From Vitreimonas sp. (lineage in GTDB: Bacteria > Patescibacteriota > Microgenomatia > UBA1400 > PJMF01), in contig DASPLQ010000012.1 of NCBI GenBank assembly GCA_035627515.1, positions 391,269 to 455,268 on the forward strand: a stretch of DNA of 64,000 bases, read 5' to 3'. The notes under the pieces were generated by a model. It was given only the letters and a program-made list of their open reading frames with translations. It was not told the origin of the DNA and ran no database searches. The first letter of the stretch is position 1. The number at the start of each line of letters is the position of its first letter. Below are positions 30,649 to 39,474 of this stretch, piece by piece. Made by a program: the position numbers and the translations under genes.

Positions 30649-33600
30649 TTAGCGAGACTTTTTAATTTCTACCCCTACAAAAGCGTGATTGTTAAAATCT
30701 CCTTTAAAAAGAATTTGGTTGTTTTGAACTTGTGCTTGAGGAGCAATTACCATGGGTTGTAAACCAGGGGAGAGAGCAAAAGTAATGGTTTTAGTGTCAC
30801 CACTGGTACCAGGTTGCTTTTGATCAAGGAAAGTATAAGCAAAGGCGTTTTCCGCGAGCAAAGGCTTGGTGTAGATTACTTCGATTTTAGTTTCTTGTTG
30901 AATTGGCGTCTCAGTTAAAAAGCCAATACTTTTTTTATCCTGCTCAGTTCCTACAATTAGCTGGTCGGGGGAGAGGGGAGTGCCATTGACGCTCACGGCT
31001 TGGACTTGGGTGTCAGTGGGTAAATAAAAACGCGTGTAGGTTTTATATGGTCCTTTGGGCCAGGCATTAGAGCTCGAAGTGTTTTTATAGACAATTGTAC
31101 GAACATGGCGAGCAGTTGTTGGCTCCAGCGTGACAGTATGAGCAATGCTCCGTTCTAAATGGTAGTTAGCTTTATTGACCCCCACATTGGCCTCCACTTG
31201 ATAAACTGAATCAACCACACACGGAACCCCAGAAAATTGGGTCGGGCACAACGGGGAAAGGACGCTTCCTGTCCAACCTAAAGTATTGAGTGTTTCATTT
31301 TGAGTAGGATCACTCATCGACAGTAACGCTTGATGTTCACCTAAAGACTGATTGAAGGCGGCCAAAACCGGCCCGACTTTTTCAGGGGGTAACGTGGTGA
31401 GTCTGACTAGGACACGATTGAGCAAGACTTCTGAATACTCTTGACGAGTGGGATCAGGAGTTAATTGAATTTCGGAGTGAAACTCCATCCGTTCAAACAG
31501 GTTGCGATCAGTAATCACTTCGTTGTACTCCGGTAACTCAACTGGTCCCAACGCTTTGATTAGCGTTTGCAAACTGTATAAGTTTATCCCGATTACACCG
31601 TCAGCTTTTTTGCCGGTCGCGCGCTCTATAAAATGAGCCACCTGAGCCGCTGTAGTGGGGAAATCCGGGTTCCAATTACTATCTCTCACGAACCATTGCT
31701 GTTCACCTAAAAACTGTTTAATTTCGTCGGGTGGTTTAATCGATCCACCTAGTTTTTGATCAAGCTCGTAAATATCAAAAACTTGGGTGTTGATGAGAGT
31801 TCCTTTATCGAAGGTCATTAAAGCTACGGCCTGAATAAAGCCACCAGTAGGGCGTAGCTCTTGGTTGTTTTGTAATAACACGGCATACGTTTTTTGTTGT
31901 TGATAGCCTAGCCATTCCAACAAATGAGGGGAGAGTTGTTGAAAACTGGCTAAATTGCGACGATTTTGCAGTAGTTGAGCTTGGTAATTTTTTATCACAT
32001 CCTCATCACTACTAGAGGTTGTCACGCTTTCTAGTTCTTTTAACTCAGCTTGGAGTTGTGAAAGATGATCGTAGAGTGCTTGCGTCTGTTGTTGGGATTG
32101 GGTATGAAGTGATGCCACTTCTTGCTCTCGTGCACCCAAGATACTTAAAACTAAGTTTTGCATATCTTGTTGCCAAGCAGAGTAGAGAGTCGCACTCGTC
32201 GTGACTTTTTGGGCCACGGTACTTACTAATTGGGCTTGATCTAGATACTGGTGAGTAAAAAGCGCTCCATACGCTTGAGTTTGGGTCGCTAGCCACTGAC
32301 CAGCCCATCCGGTTTGAGGGGCTTGGATGCTATTGGCGTCTTGGCGAGCTAGACTTGCGATTAAGGCTGCTTGAGTTCGGGAAAAACTGGCCCAAAACAC
32401 CACGCCTAAGACACCCATCGCTAATACGGCGCCAAAAACTCCGATGCCGCCATAAAAAATAGCTGTTTTTTTCTTTGATTTATGCGTAATTTTAAGAGTA
32501 TTCTTGGCAATGTCTTTGACCCGTTCCACTTTGTATTCTGAACGATTGACAGTAAATAATTGTGAAACAGCTTGATCAAGCTGAGACTCTGTCGAAGCTA
32601 CACGCTCCGGATGGTTATGCTTGGTGACAGATAGCTGGTGAGTCTGTGTTTTTTCTTCTGGCTGTGGTTTGGGCTGAGTGGCTGTTTTTGGTAGGGGAGA
32701 ACTCAGTTGCTCCACACTCGTTTTGACTACGGGCACCGACTTAATGGGAATTTTGATGTTTTTAGCTTCCCCATGGTGAGACTGGGGGGTTGGGCGAGGG
32801 CGGGCCTGTTTACTAGGAGTAGGCAAACTTTCTTTGAGAGCTTGTTCTGCTGCCGCTGCTTGAGTTTGTTGGTGCAGCTGGGTGGCGTTTATGAGTGGCA
32901 AGCTCCGTACGGCATTCTCCAGTTCAGCATCGACAGATTTTTCAGCTTTAACCTGAATTTCCAAAAAACCAACTGCACTGTGTAGTTGTGCCGCTAGGGG
33001 GACAATCTGCAGTTCCTGATCAAAGTATTGACGATATAAAAACTGCAGCGTTTGGGCAACACCGCTGGTGGCTTGTTGTTGACCCCTCAATAACAAACGT
33101 GGGTGGGGCCGCGGATGAAAAAGATGTTGCCGGACTTCACTCACAAATGAAGCCGTATTAAGCCAAGGTAGTACGAGTTGAGGGTCACGAATTTGTCCCT
33201 GATTAAAGTTGGCTAACATCAATCCCAACAGCGCAGACTCAGGCAGCGATTGTCCATGAATCAAGTTTTCGCCTATGATCCAGGTAGAGGCGGAGGCTTC
33301 TTGTTGCAGTTGTTCAAACCACTGGGCTTGGTGGTTTTGTGCTGATTGCCACGGTTGTTCAGTTGTGGTCAGAAAAGAAAGCGTGGAACCGATAATGACA
33401 CTCGGTTCAGTGCGCGTCTTCAACCAACTTAACAGCTGTTTATCACTGGCTGAAAAAGCCGTGGTAGATTCGACAACCCAGATAATTTTATAAAATTCAG
33501 GTAAAGTTGCCGGTTGTGTGCGGAGGATTTCACTAACTGTGGCAGTTTGCACTGCAAAGTGAGTGGCGCACTCTTTTTCCAGAGCCATGCGTAAAAAAGT

Positions 33601-33666
33601 CGGCGAACCAATCACTAAAACGCTGGGAGCCTCTTGATCGAGTTGCGTGATAAATAAATCTGACAT
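30649..33666 (-). CDS. DUF4012-domain membrane protein, 1005 aa
   Basis: YAVLLQNNQELRPTGGFI, RDSNWNPDFP, EANVGVNKAN, QKQPG; single TM near residues 405-428. Confidence 0.88.
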   Translation of the reverse strand: MSDLFITQLDQEAPSVLVIGSPTFLRMALEKECATHFAVQTATVSEILRTQPATLPEFYKIIWVVESTTAFSASDKQLLSWLKTRTEPSVIIGSTLSFLTTTEQPWQSAQNHQAQWFEQLQQEASASTWIIGENLIHGQSLPESALLGLMLANFNQGQIRDPQLVLPWLNTASFVSEVRQHLFHPRPHPRLLLRGQQQATSGVAQTLQFLYRQYFDQELQIVPLAAQLHSAVGFLEIQVKAEKSVDAELENAVRSLPLINATQLHQQTQAAAAEQALKESLPTPSKQARPRPTPQSHHGEAKNIKIPIKSVPVVKTSVEQLSSPLPKTATQPKPQPEEKTQTHQLSVTKHNHPERVASTESQLDQAVSQLFTVNRSEYKVERVKDIAKNTLKITHKSKKKTAIFYGGIGVFGAVLAMGVLGVVFWASFSRTQAALIASLARQDANSIQAPQTGWAGQWLATQTQAYGALFTHQYLDQAQLVSTVAQKVTTSATLYSAWQQDMQNLVLSILGAREQEVASLHTQSQQQTQALYDHLSQLQAELKELESVTTSSSDEDVIKNYQAQLLQNRRNLASFQQLSPHLLEWLGYQQQKTYAVLLQNNQELRPTGGFIQAVALMTFDKGTLINTQVFDIYELDQKLGGSIKPPDEIKQFLGEQQWFVRDSNWNPDFPTTAAQVAHFIERATGKKADGVIGINLYSLQTLIKALGPVELPEYNEVITDRNLFERMEFHSEIQLTPDPTRQEYSEVLLNRVLVRLTTLPPEKVGPVLAAFNQSLGEHQALLSMSDPTQNETLNTLGWTGSVLSPLCPTQFSGVPCVVDSVYQVEANVGVNKANYHLERSIAHTVTLEPTTARHVRTIVYKNTSSSNAWPKGPYKTYTRFYLPTDTQVQAVSVNGTPLSPDQLIVGTEQDKKSIGFLTETPIQQETKIEVIYTKPLLAENAFAYTFLDQKQPGTSGDTKTITFALSPGLQPMVIAPQAQVQNNQILFKGDFNNHAFVGVEIKKSR

Positions 33667-33782
33667 AGGCAGGTCAAAACAACTGTCTTATTGTAGGAAA
33701 CAGCCGAAATGAAGTATAGCCCAATCTTGCAGGCAGGTTTAGAGTGAGATCAATACTAGAAGATGTAGAGAAGCGGCGTGAG

Positions 33783-34208
33783 TTAAACTTCTTGACCAAG
33801 ATCCAGCGCGCGATTGACCAAAGCATCAGCCACTTTATTTTCAGCCCGAGGGATATGAACGATATCCCAGTCACATGATAATTGTTGAAGTGATGCCCAA
33901 GCTTGCTGAGCGAGCGCTAACATCCGCGGTTCTTTAATTTGCCAATGCTTGAGAAGTTGTTCTACCACCAGTTTGGAATCAAGTTTCCAAATTACTTTTT
34001 GCGTTTGAGCTAACTGTTCAGAAGCTAATAACCAGCCTACTGATGTCACAAAAGCTTGATACTCGGCTTCGTTATTAGTACCAACTCCTAAAGGTTTCCC
34101 TAAGGAAAACACCGTTTGGCCGTGATCGTCTATGACGTGTACGCCCAACGCCGCCGGTCCCGGATTTCCGCGTGAACCACCATCGGTAAAAATAGTCAGA
34201 GTGGACAT
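33783..34208 (-). CDS. rnhA: Ribonuclease HI
   Basis: FTDGGSRGNPGPA, TNNEAEY, DSKLVV, HIPRAENKVAD. Confidence 0.95.
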   Translation of the reverse strand: MSTLTIFTDGGSRGNPGPAALGVHVIDDHGQTVFSLGKPLGVGTNNEAEYQAFVTSVGWLLASEQLAQTQKVIWKLDSKLVVEQLLKHWQIKEPRMLALAQQAWASLQQLSCDWDIVHIPRAENKVADALVNRALDLGQEV

Positions 34209-34672
34209 TAATTACTATCCTTCAATCGAATCATCAGATAGCGATGAGCGCCTTCACCTTGAGAAACACTCTCCAAACTAGCAAAGTCAGGGTTTTCGGA
34301 AATGGTGGTGTGAATGACGAAGCGTTCGTTGGGTGGCAAGTACGCAAAGGTGTACGGTCGGCCACTTTCCAGCACTCGGCGGGCTACGTTTTCAGCCATT
34401 TCTTGTAATTTTTCCACGCGCTGTTCGCGATAGTTATTAATATTTAACACAATTTTTTTGTCGCCATGTTCTTTTTGAAAAATGATGCGGATCAAGCGCT
34501 GCAAGCTACTGAGGGTTTCGCCATGAAAACCAATAAATAAACCCGATTCTTCCTGGGGTAAATTAATATTTACCGTCACTTGATCTTCGGCTTCATCGAC
34601 GGAAACTTCGACTTGGCTTTGATCGATACCACTGTGTTTGCATAAGTTAGTGACGTAGCTTTGGATAGTCAT
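34208..34672 (-). CDS. jag: Jag/KhpB RNA-binding protein (KH + R3H)
   Basis: IGFHGETLSSLQ, ERFVIH, SQGEG..R; follows yidC. Confidence 0.9.
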   Translation of the reverse strand: MTIQSYVTNLCKHSGIDQSQVEVSVDEAEDQVTVNINLPQEESGLFIGFHGETLSSLQRLIRIIFQKEHGDKKIVLNINNYREQRVEKLQEMAENVARRVLESGRPYTFAYLPPNERFVIHTTISENPDFASLESVSQGEGAHRYLMIRLKDSN

Positions 34673-34688
34673 AAAATAATCTCCTTTT

Positions 34689-35459
34689 TCAGTTGCGGGT
34701 GGTTTTGCCATCGAGGACGTTGAGAGCGCGTTGAGCATACAGCGTCAAGCCACCAGGTCCTGATAATACATATTGCTGAACAATACTAAAAACGGTGCTC
34801 ACCACCCAATATAAACCGAGCCCAGATGGGAACGAGAGCGCCGAAATACCAATTGTGATCGGCATGAGAAACACCATTTGTTGCTGCATGGTTTGAGCCA
34901 TTTCTGCCATGTCTTCTTCTTTTTTATTGGCTTCTTTGATTTCTTTAGGTAACGTTTTATTCGGGACAATGTCAGGAGTTTCAGTGGCGGGCAAGATCAT
35001 CAACGACAAAATGAATTGGGTCACAGCTGCTAACACCGGAATCACAAACCGCGGATCTGGTTGACTTAAGTTCATCCACAAAAAAGTGGGGTCAATGGTG
35101 ACGCCATTAACATCAGCTTGGTGTAAAAAGCGCATTAAAGCTCGATAGAGAATTAATAACACCGCGATTTGCAACAATTGAGGCAAGCAGCCACCGAGGG
35201 GATTAACGTTATATTTTTTGTAGAGCTCTAGCTGAGCTAATTGTAAAGCTTGTTTATCAGAACCATGTTTGGCTTTGAGTTTTTTGAGTTCCGGTTGGAG
35301 TTCTTTAAGTTGTTTTTGGGCTTTCAAAGAGGGGATAGTCAAAGGCACCAAAATTGATTTAATCAAAATGGTAAATACTATCAACGCTAAACCTAAGTCG
35401 CCAGTTAGTTTATATAACTCAACTAAAAAAGTAGAAAAAAGGTGAATAATACTATCCAT
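34689..35459 (-). CDS. yidC: Membrane protein insertase YidC
   Basis: LYKKYNVNPLGGCLP, FLWMNLSQPD, PSGLGLYW. Confidence 0.96.
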   Translation of the reverse strand: MDSIIHLFSTFLVELYKLTGDLGLALIVFTILIKSILVPLTIPSLKAQKQLKELQPELKKLKAKHGSDKQALQLAQLELYKKYNVNPLGGCLPQLLQIAVLLILYRALMRFLHQADVNGVTIDPTFLWMNLSQPDPRFVIPVLAAVTQFILSLMILPATETPDIVPNKTLPKEIKEANKKEEDMAEMAQTMQQQMVFLMPITIGISALSFPSGLGLYWVVSTVFSIVQQYVLSGPGGLTLYAQRALNVLDGKTTRN

Positions 35460-35465
35460 ATTTTA

Positions 35466-35678
35466 TTACCAGCACTGGGCCACCCGCTTGAGTCCACGAA
35501 GGAACCCAGTGATTGTACCATGTTGCTGCATTTGCTGAAGAGTATATTGCGTACACGTCGGGCGATGTTTACAAGTAAATGAATAACCAAAGGCCGTGAG
35601 CAAGATTTGATGCTTGGCTTTTTCGTAAAAAAGAAAGAGCCAGATAAGGCTTTTTTTTAAGGCTCGGGAGACGGTCAT
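35466..35678 (-). CDS. yidD: Membrane protein insertion efficiency factor
   Basis: CKHRPTCTQY...HG...G..RV..C; lies between rnpA and yidC. Confidence 0.85.
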   Translation of the reverse strand: MTVSRALKKSLIWLFLFYEKAKHQILLTAFGYSFTCKHRPTCTQYTLQQMQQHGTITGFLRGLKRVAQCW

Positions 35679-36001
35679 TTTTTTATCTTGGCTAGACTTT
35701 TTAATAACTCTGATTTGAGCGTAGCACCATCTACCTTGGTGGCTGCGGGCTTTAGTGAGATCACCACTTGGCAATTTACTAGATCAGCTTGTAGTAAATC
35801 TGTCCAAATTTGTGCTAATCGCCGTTTGAGCGTATTGCGCTCCACTTGTGTCTGGGTGTTTTTGCGCGGCACGATGGTGGCCACAGCTGGGCGATCTGCC
35901 GGCACATAAAACAAGGTAAACAAGCTCGAAAAAACTCGCTGAGAGCGATTAAAAAAGTCTGGTTGTTGGCGAAGTTGCAACCGGTACTGGCGAGGCACCA
36001 T
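35675..36001 (-). CDS. rnpA: RNase P protein component
   Basis: VERNTLKRR (RNR-like motif); syntenic position. Confidence 0.88.
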   Translation of the reverse strand: MVPRQYRLQLRQQPDFFNRSQRVFSSLFTLFYVPADRPAVATIVPRKNTQTQVERNTLKRRLAQIWTDLLQADLVNCQVVISLKPAATKVDGATLKSELLKSLAKIKK

Positions 36002-36012
36002 ATGTGTTAAGA

Positions 36013-36165
36013 CTAGCGACCTTTACGGACTACTGTCAATTGCTTGCGACCTTTAGCGCGACGACGTTTTAAAACTTGTCGGCCAAAATAGGAAGCCATT
36101 CTCTTGAGGAAACCATGTTTGCGCATGCGTTTGTGTTTTTTTGGTTGCCAGGTGCGTTTCGTCAT
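36013..36165 (-). CDS. rpmH: 50S ribosomal protein L34
   Basis: Not in the ORF track: [50 protein letters not shown]. Confidence 0.97.
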   Translation of the reverse strand: MTKRTWQPKKHKRMRKHGFLKRMASYFGRQVLKRRRAKGRKQLTVVRKGR

Positions 36166-36279
36166 AAATTGTTTGTAAACCTTTTTCCAAGGTCGTAATT
36201 ATAACATAAGAGTAGAGTAAAATAAGTAACTGAAGTAATTGAATAATTAAAAAAGCGTGTCGGCTAATTACTCAATTAC

Positions 36280-37386
36280 TTAATTACTAACCCGGAACGG
36301 CATCACTACATAGCTATAGCCTAGTTGGCCTTCTGGCCGCAACAAGGCTGGCTTTAAGCTCTCAGTCATCCCTAGCCAAATTTTCTCGCCTTTGCTGGCA
36401 TTTAAAAAATCTTGCAGATACTTAGCGTTAAAAGCAATTTTCCCACCCTCGCCCTGAAAAGAATCGAGCATCATCTCACTTTCATGCTTACCTAAAGCGG
36501 GAGAAGTCGCCGAAATACTCGCCTTTCCATCACTTAAACTCAAATGAACAATGTTCGAAGCATCTCGAGCAAAGATAATGGCTCGCTTAAGGTGATGAGT
36601 CATTTCTTGGCTATCGAATAACACCTCAGTAGTGAAGCTACTGGGCATAATTTTTTGATACGGAGGAAACTCTCCATCCATCAACCGCACAAAAATCTTA
36701 GTCGATTCAAATTGAAATAAGAGTTGTTTCAGTTCTGGTGATAATGTCAGTGCTACTTGAGTTGCTTTAGTCTGAGCGCCAATTCTAGCCACTTCTTGGA
36801 GTGATTTGGCGGGAATCAAAAAGTTCTGAGTAAAAGCAAATGAAGACGGCATGTTCCAGACAGCGAGACGAAAGCCATCGGTGCACACAACATTGACGTT
36901 TTCTTGATTAAACTCAAACAGTACCGAGGTCAACACTGGCCGAGTGGTATCAAGTGAGGCAGCAAAGAGCACATGGCTGGTAATTTCTTCCAAAAAGGTA
37001 CTGGGCAACTCTTGAGTGTCACCGCTGACCTCAGGAAATGAGGGGAAGTCTTCAGCTGACTGGCATTGAAATGAAGTGCTACTGTCTTGAGAGGTAATAG
37101 TTAAGGTGGACTCTACCAGCTCCAACGTGACCTTGCCTGGTTTCAGGCTAGCAATGGTTTCATAAAAGACTTTACCAGGAATAGCAACTACTCCTGGAGT
37201 ATCGATGGTGCCTTCGACTCCAGTTTGAATACCTAAATAGAGATCTGTGGCTGATAAGCGGATTTCACCACTTTGAGTGTCAATGAGGATCGAACTTAAA
37301 ATAGGTAACGATGGTTTACTGGGAACAGCTTTTTGAACAATCCCAACCGCTGTTAACAGATTTTCTTGTAAAACAGTTATTTTCAT
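36280..37386 (-). CDS. dnaN: DNA polymerase III beta clamp
   Basis: LPILS, SATDL, RPVLT, TDGFRL, GEFPPY, FNAKYL, VVMP. Confidence 0.97.
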   Translation of the reverse strand: MKITVLQENLLTAVGIVQKAVPSKPSLPILSSILIDTQSGEIRLSATDLYLGIQTGVEGTIDTPGVVAIPGKVFYETIASLKPGKVTLELVESTLTITSQDSSTSFQCQSAEDFPSFPEVSGDTQELPSTFLEEITSHVLFAASLDTTRPVLTSVLFEFNQENVNVVCTDGFRLAVWNMPSSFAFTQNFLIPAKSLQEVARIGAQTKATQVALTLSPELKQLLFQFESTKIFVRLMDGEFPPYQKIMPSSFTTEVLFDSQEMTHHLKRAIIFARDASNIVHLSLSDGKASISATSPALGKHESEMMLDSFQGEGGKIAFNAKYLQDFLNASKGEKIWLGMTESLKPALLRPEGQLGYSYVVMPFRVSN

Positions 37387-37662
37387 AGGTACGTAGTTAC
37401 CATACTAAATTATTAATATTAAATATAGTTGTAGTTAGTAATAGGCTTGTGAATAGGTGAACAACGAGCCAGTTCTAATCTGAAAACGCCAGCGCTTTTT
37501 TCTGTGTGTACCTGGTGTCTAACTCTGTCTAAAAATGGTGTGCATTTGTTCACAAAAAAGTCTTAGATTCACAAAACAAAAAAGTTATTCAGTTGAGTTC
37601 ACAGACTTTCCCGGGGCTTTTACACAAAGTTATTCACAATTGTGTAAAACTTCACCTCATTA
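37387..37662. other. Replication origin oriC (dnaA-dnaN intergenic)
   Basis: DnaA-box-like 9-mers TTATTCACA 37630-37638, TTTTACACA 37618-37626 and 37641-37649(rc), TTGTTCACA 37546-37554, CTATTCACA 37448-37456(rc). AT-rich tract at about 37405-37427. By eye the + strand is C-rich to the left and G-rich to the right. Confidence 0.85.
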
Positions 37663-39327
37663 TCATCGTGAGACCGCTGTTAACGACATTCGCAAAGCGG
37701 AAATATCGCGACGCATCAATTCATCTTCAGCTAAAGATAGCGAGATTTTTTTAACAGCATGGATGACACTAGTGTGGTCACGATTGGAAAACCAACGGGC
37801 GGTTTCAGTTAGTGGCAACTTGAGGTCTTCGCGGAGTAAAAACATGGCTACATGCCGGGCTTTGACGAGGTGTTGAACGCGTTGCGAACCTTTGAGTGCG
37901 GCTTGTTTAACATGATAATGGTTGGCTACAGCACGCAAAACATCATTTGGCGATACTTTAAGAGCGGGTCGTTTCTTTTCACCCTCTGTTTTGAGAATTT
38001 CGTCAATCAACTCTAGAGTAATTGGGCGTTTTTTGAGCTCTACTTCTGATTTGATACTGGTAATAAAGCCCTCGATCTTGCGGGCACTATCGACTCGTGA
38101 GGCTACCACTTGAGCTAGTTCCATCGGGATAGAGATGTTGTGGGCTTGAGCCTTAATCAATAAAATAGCCGTTCGTAACTCAAAAGAGGGCTGCTGAATA
38201 TCGATCATTAAGCCAGCTTCAAACCGAGAACGCAAGCGATCCTCAAGTAAATTAATTTCATGCGGCGGCCGATCCGAGGTTAAAACAATTTGACTAGCTT
38301 GTTTAGTGAGGGCGTTAAACGTATGAAAAAACTCTTCCTGAACGGCATTTTTGCCCGCAATGAACTGGATATCATCAATCAACATCACTTGAGCAGTGCG
38401 ATATTTTTCTTTAAACTTAATGGCTTTTTTGTTTTGAATGGCGCTGACAATTTCATTGGTGAACTCTTCGCCTGTACAGTATAAAACTCGAGTATCGGGA
38501 TTATTTTTTAAAATATTATTCCCAATCGCATGCATCAAGTGAGTTTTGCCCACACCCACCCCACCATATAAAAAGAGGGGATTATAGGTATGTCCAGGGC
38601 GATTGGAGACAGCAGTCGCAGCGGCATGCGCCATTTCATTGGTAGTCGAGACAGCAAAAGTCTCAAAAGTGTAGTCAGTCCTCAAGCCCACTTGGCGAGC
38701 GACCACCACAGCTCTGTCTAAGGCCACCGAGTACATCGTTTGAGGAGAGAAAAGATCTTCGACTCGTGGTGATGAAGAACTCATTCGCGGTGAAGGCTGA
38801 GAAGGGAAGTGTGGTGAGGAAGCAGACGGAAAAGCGTTATCAAGTGAGTGTGAAGCACCGATGCCAGGGCTTTGTAAACGCGAAGACGGGGAAAAGGTAG
38901 TACTGGTAGGCTGAGGGGGGTGATGTCCAGCCTGTTCAGCGGAATGAAGAGAAGAACCGAGTGGAGCTGAAGAAGGCTGACCAAGGTGAGCACCAAGACT
39001 GGTAAAAGAACTCGCTTGTGGTTCATGCTGTCGTGGCACTTGCGGCGTACCGATCTTAAAATCAATCAGCGTATCTTTCTCTAAAATTTTATCTAAGGTT
39101 TGTTTGAGTTGAGTTCCTAGCAGCTTGCGAATATTGTTGACGTGGAAGGCTGTAGGGCTAGTAAAAATAGCTAACACTTTATCGTCACCTTCCAAGACCA
39201 GCTCGCTGAGAGGATTAGAAAGTATCCAGGTATTAAAGACCGCTTTCGTTAATTGAGGTTGTAACTCAGCACACATCTGTTGCCAAATGGCTTGAACTTC
39301 AGCTGGTGAGAGGGCGTAGGTACTCAT
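37663..39327 (-). CDS. dnaA: Chromosomal replication initiator DnaA
   Basis: YTFETF, YNPLFLYGGVGVGKTHL, IDDIQF, QEEFFHTFN, RLRSRF, RDHTSVIHA. Confidence 0.98.
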   Translation of the reverse strand: MSTYALSPAEVQAIWQQMCAELQPQLTKAVFNTWILSNPLSELVLEGDDKVLAIFTSPTAFHVNNIRKLLGTQLKQTLDKILEKDTLIDFKIGTPQVPRQHEPQASSFTSLGAHLGQPSSAPLGSSLHSAEQAGHHPPQPTSTTFSPSSRLQSPGIGASHSLDNAFPSASSPHFPSQPSPRMSSSSPRVEDLFSPQTMYSVALDRAVVVARQVGLRTDYTFETFAVSTTNEMAHAAATAVSNRPGHTYNPLFLYGGVGVGKTHLMHAIGNNILKNNPDTRVLYCTGEEFTNEIVSAIQNKKAIKFKEKYRTAQVMLIDDIQFIAGKNAVQEEFFHTFNALTKQASQIVLTSDRPPHEINLLEDRLRSRFEAGLMIDIQQPSFELRTAILLIKAQAHNISIPMELAQVVASRVDSARKIEGFITSIKSEVELKKRPITLELIDEILKTEGEKKRPALKVSPNDVLRAVANHYHVKQAALKGSQRVQHLVKARHVAMFLLREDLKLPLTETARWFSNRDHTSVIHAVKKISLSLAEDELMRRDISALRMSLTAVSR

Positions 39328-39408
39328 ATAAAAACATCACAAGATAAACCAGGTGGCTACACACTGGTCTAGGCAAATACAAGCTCTTCGGCAGGAAAGA
39401 ACACTTAG

Positions 39409-39429
39409 TTATACACAGAATTTTCCACA
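39409..39429 (+). promoter_or_regulatory. DnaA boxes upstream of dnaA
   Basis: TTATACACA 39409-39417 and TTTTCCACA 39421-39429. Confidence 0.7.
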
Positions 39430-39474
39430 GAAGACAAGGGGAAGAAAAGCTGGATCAATAGAGATGCTCTTGGA

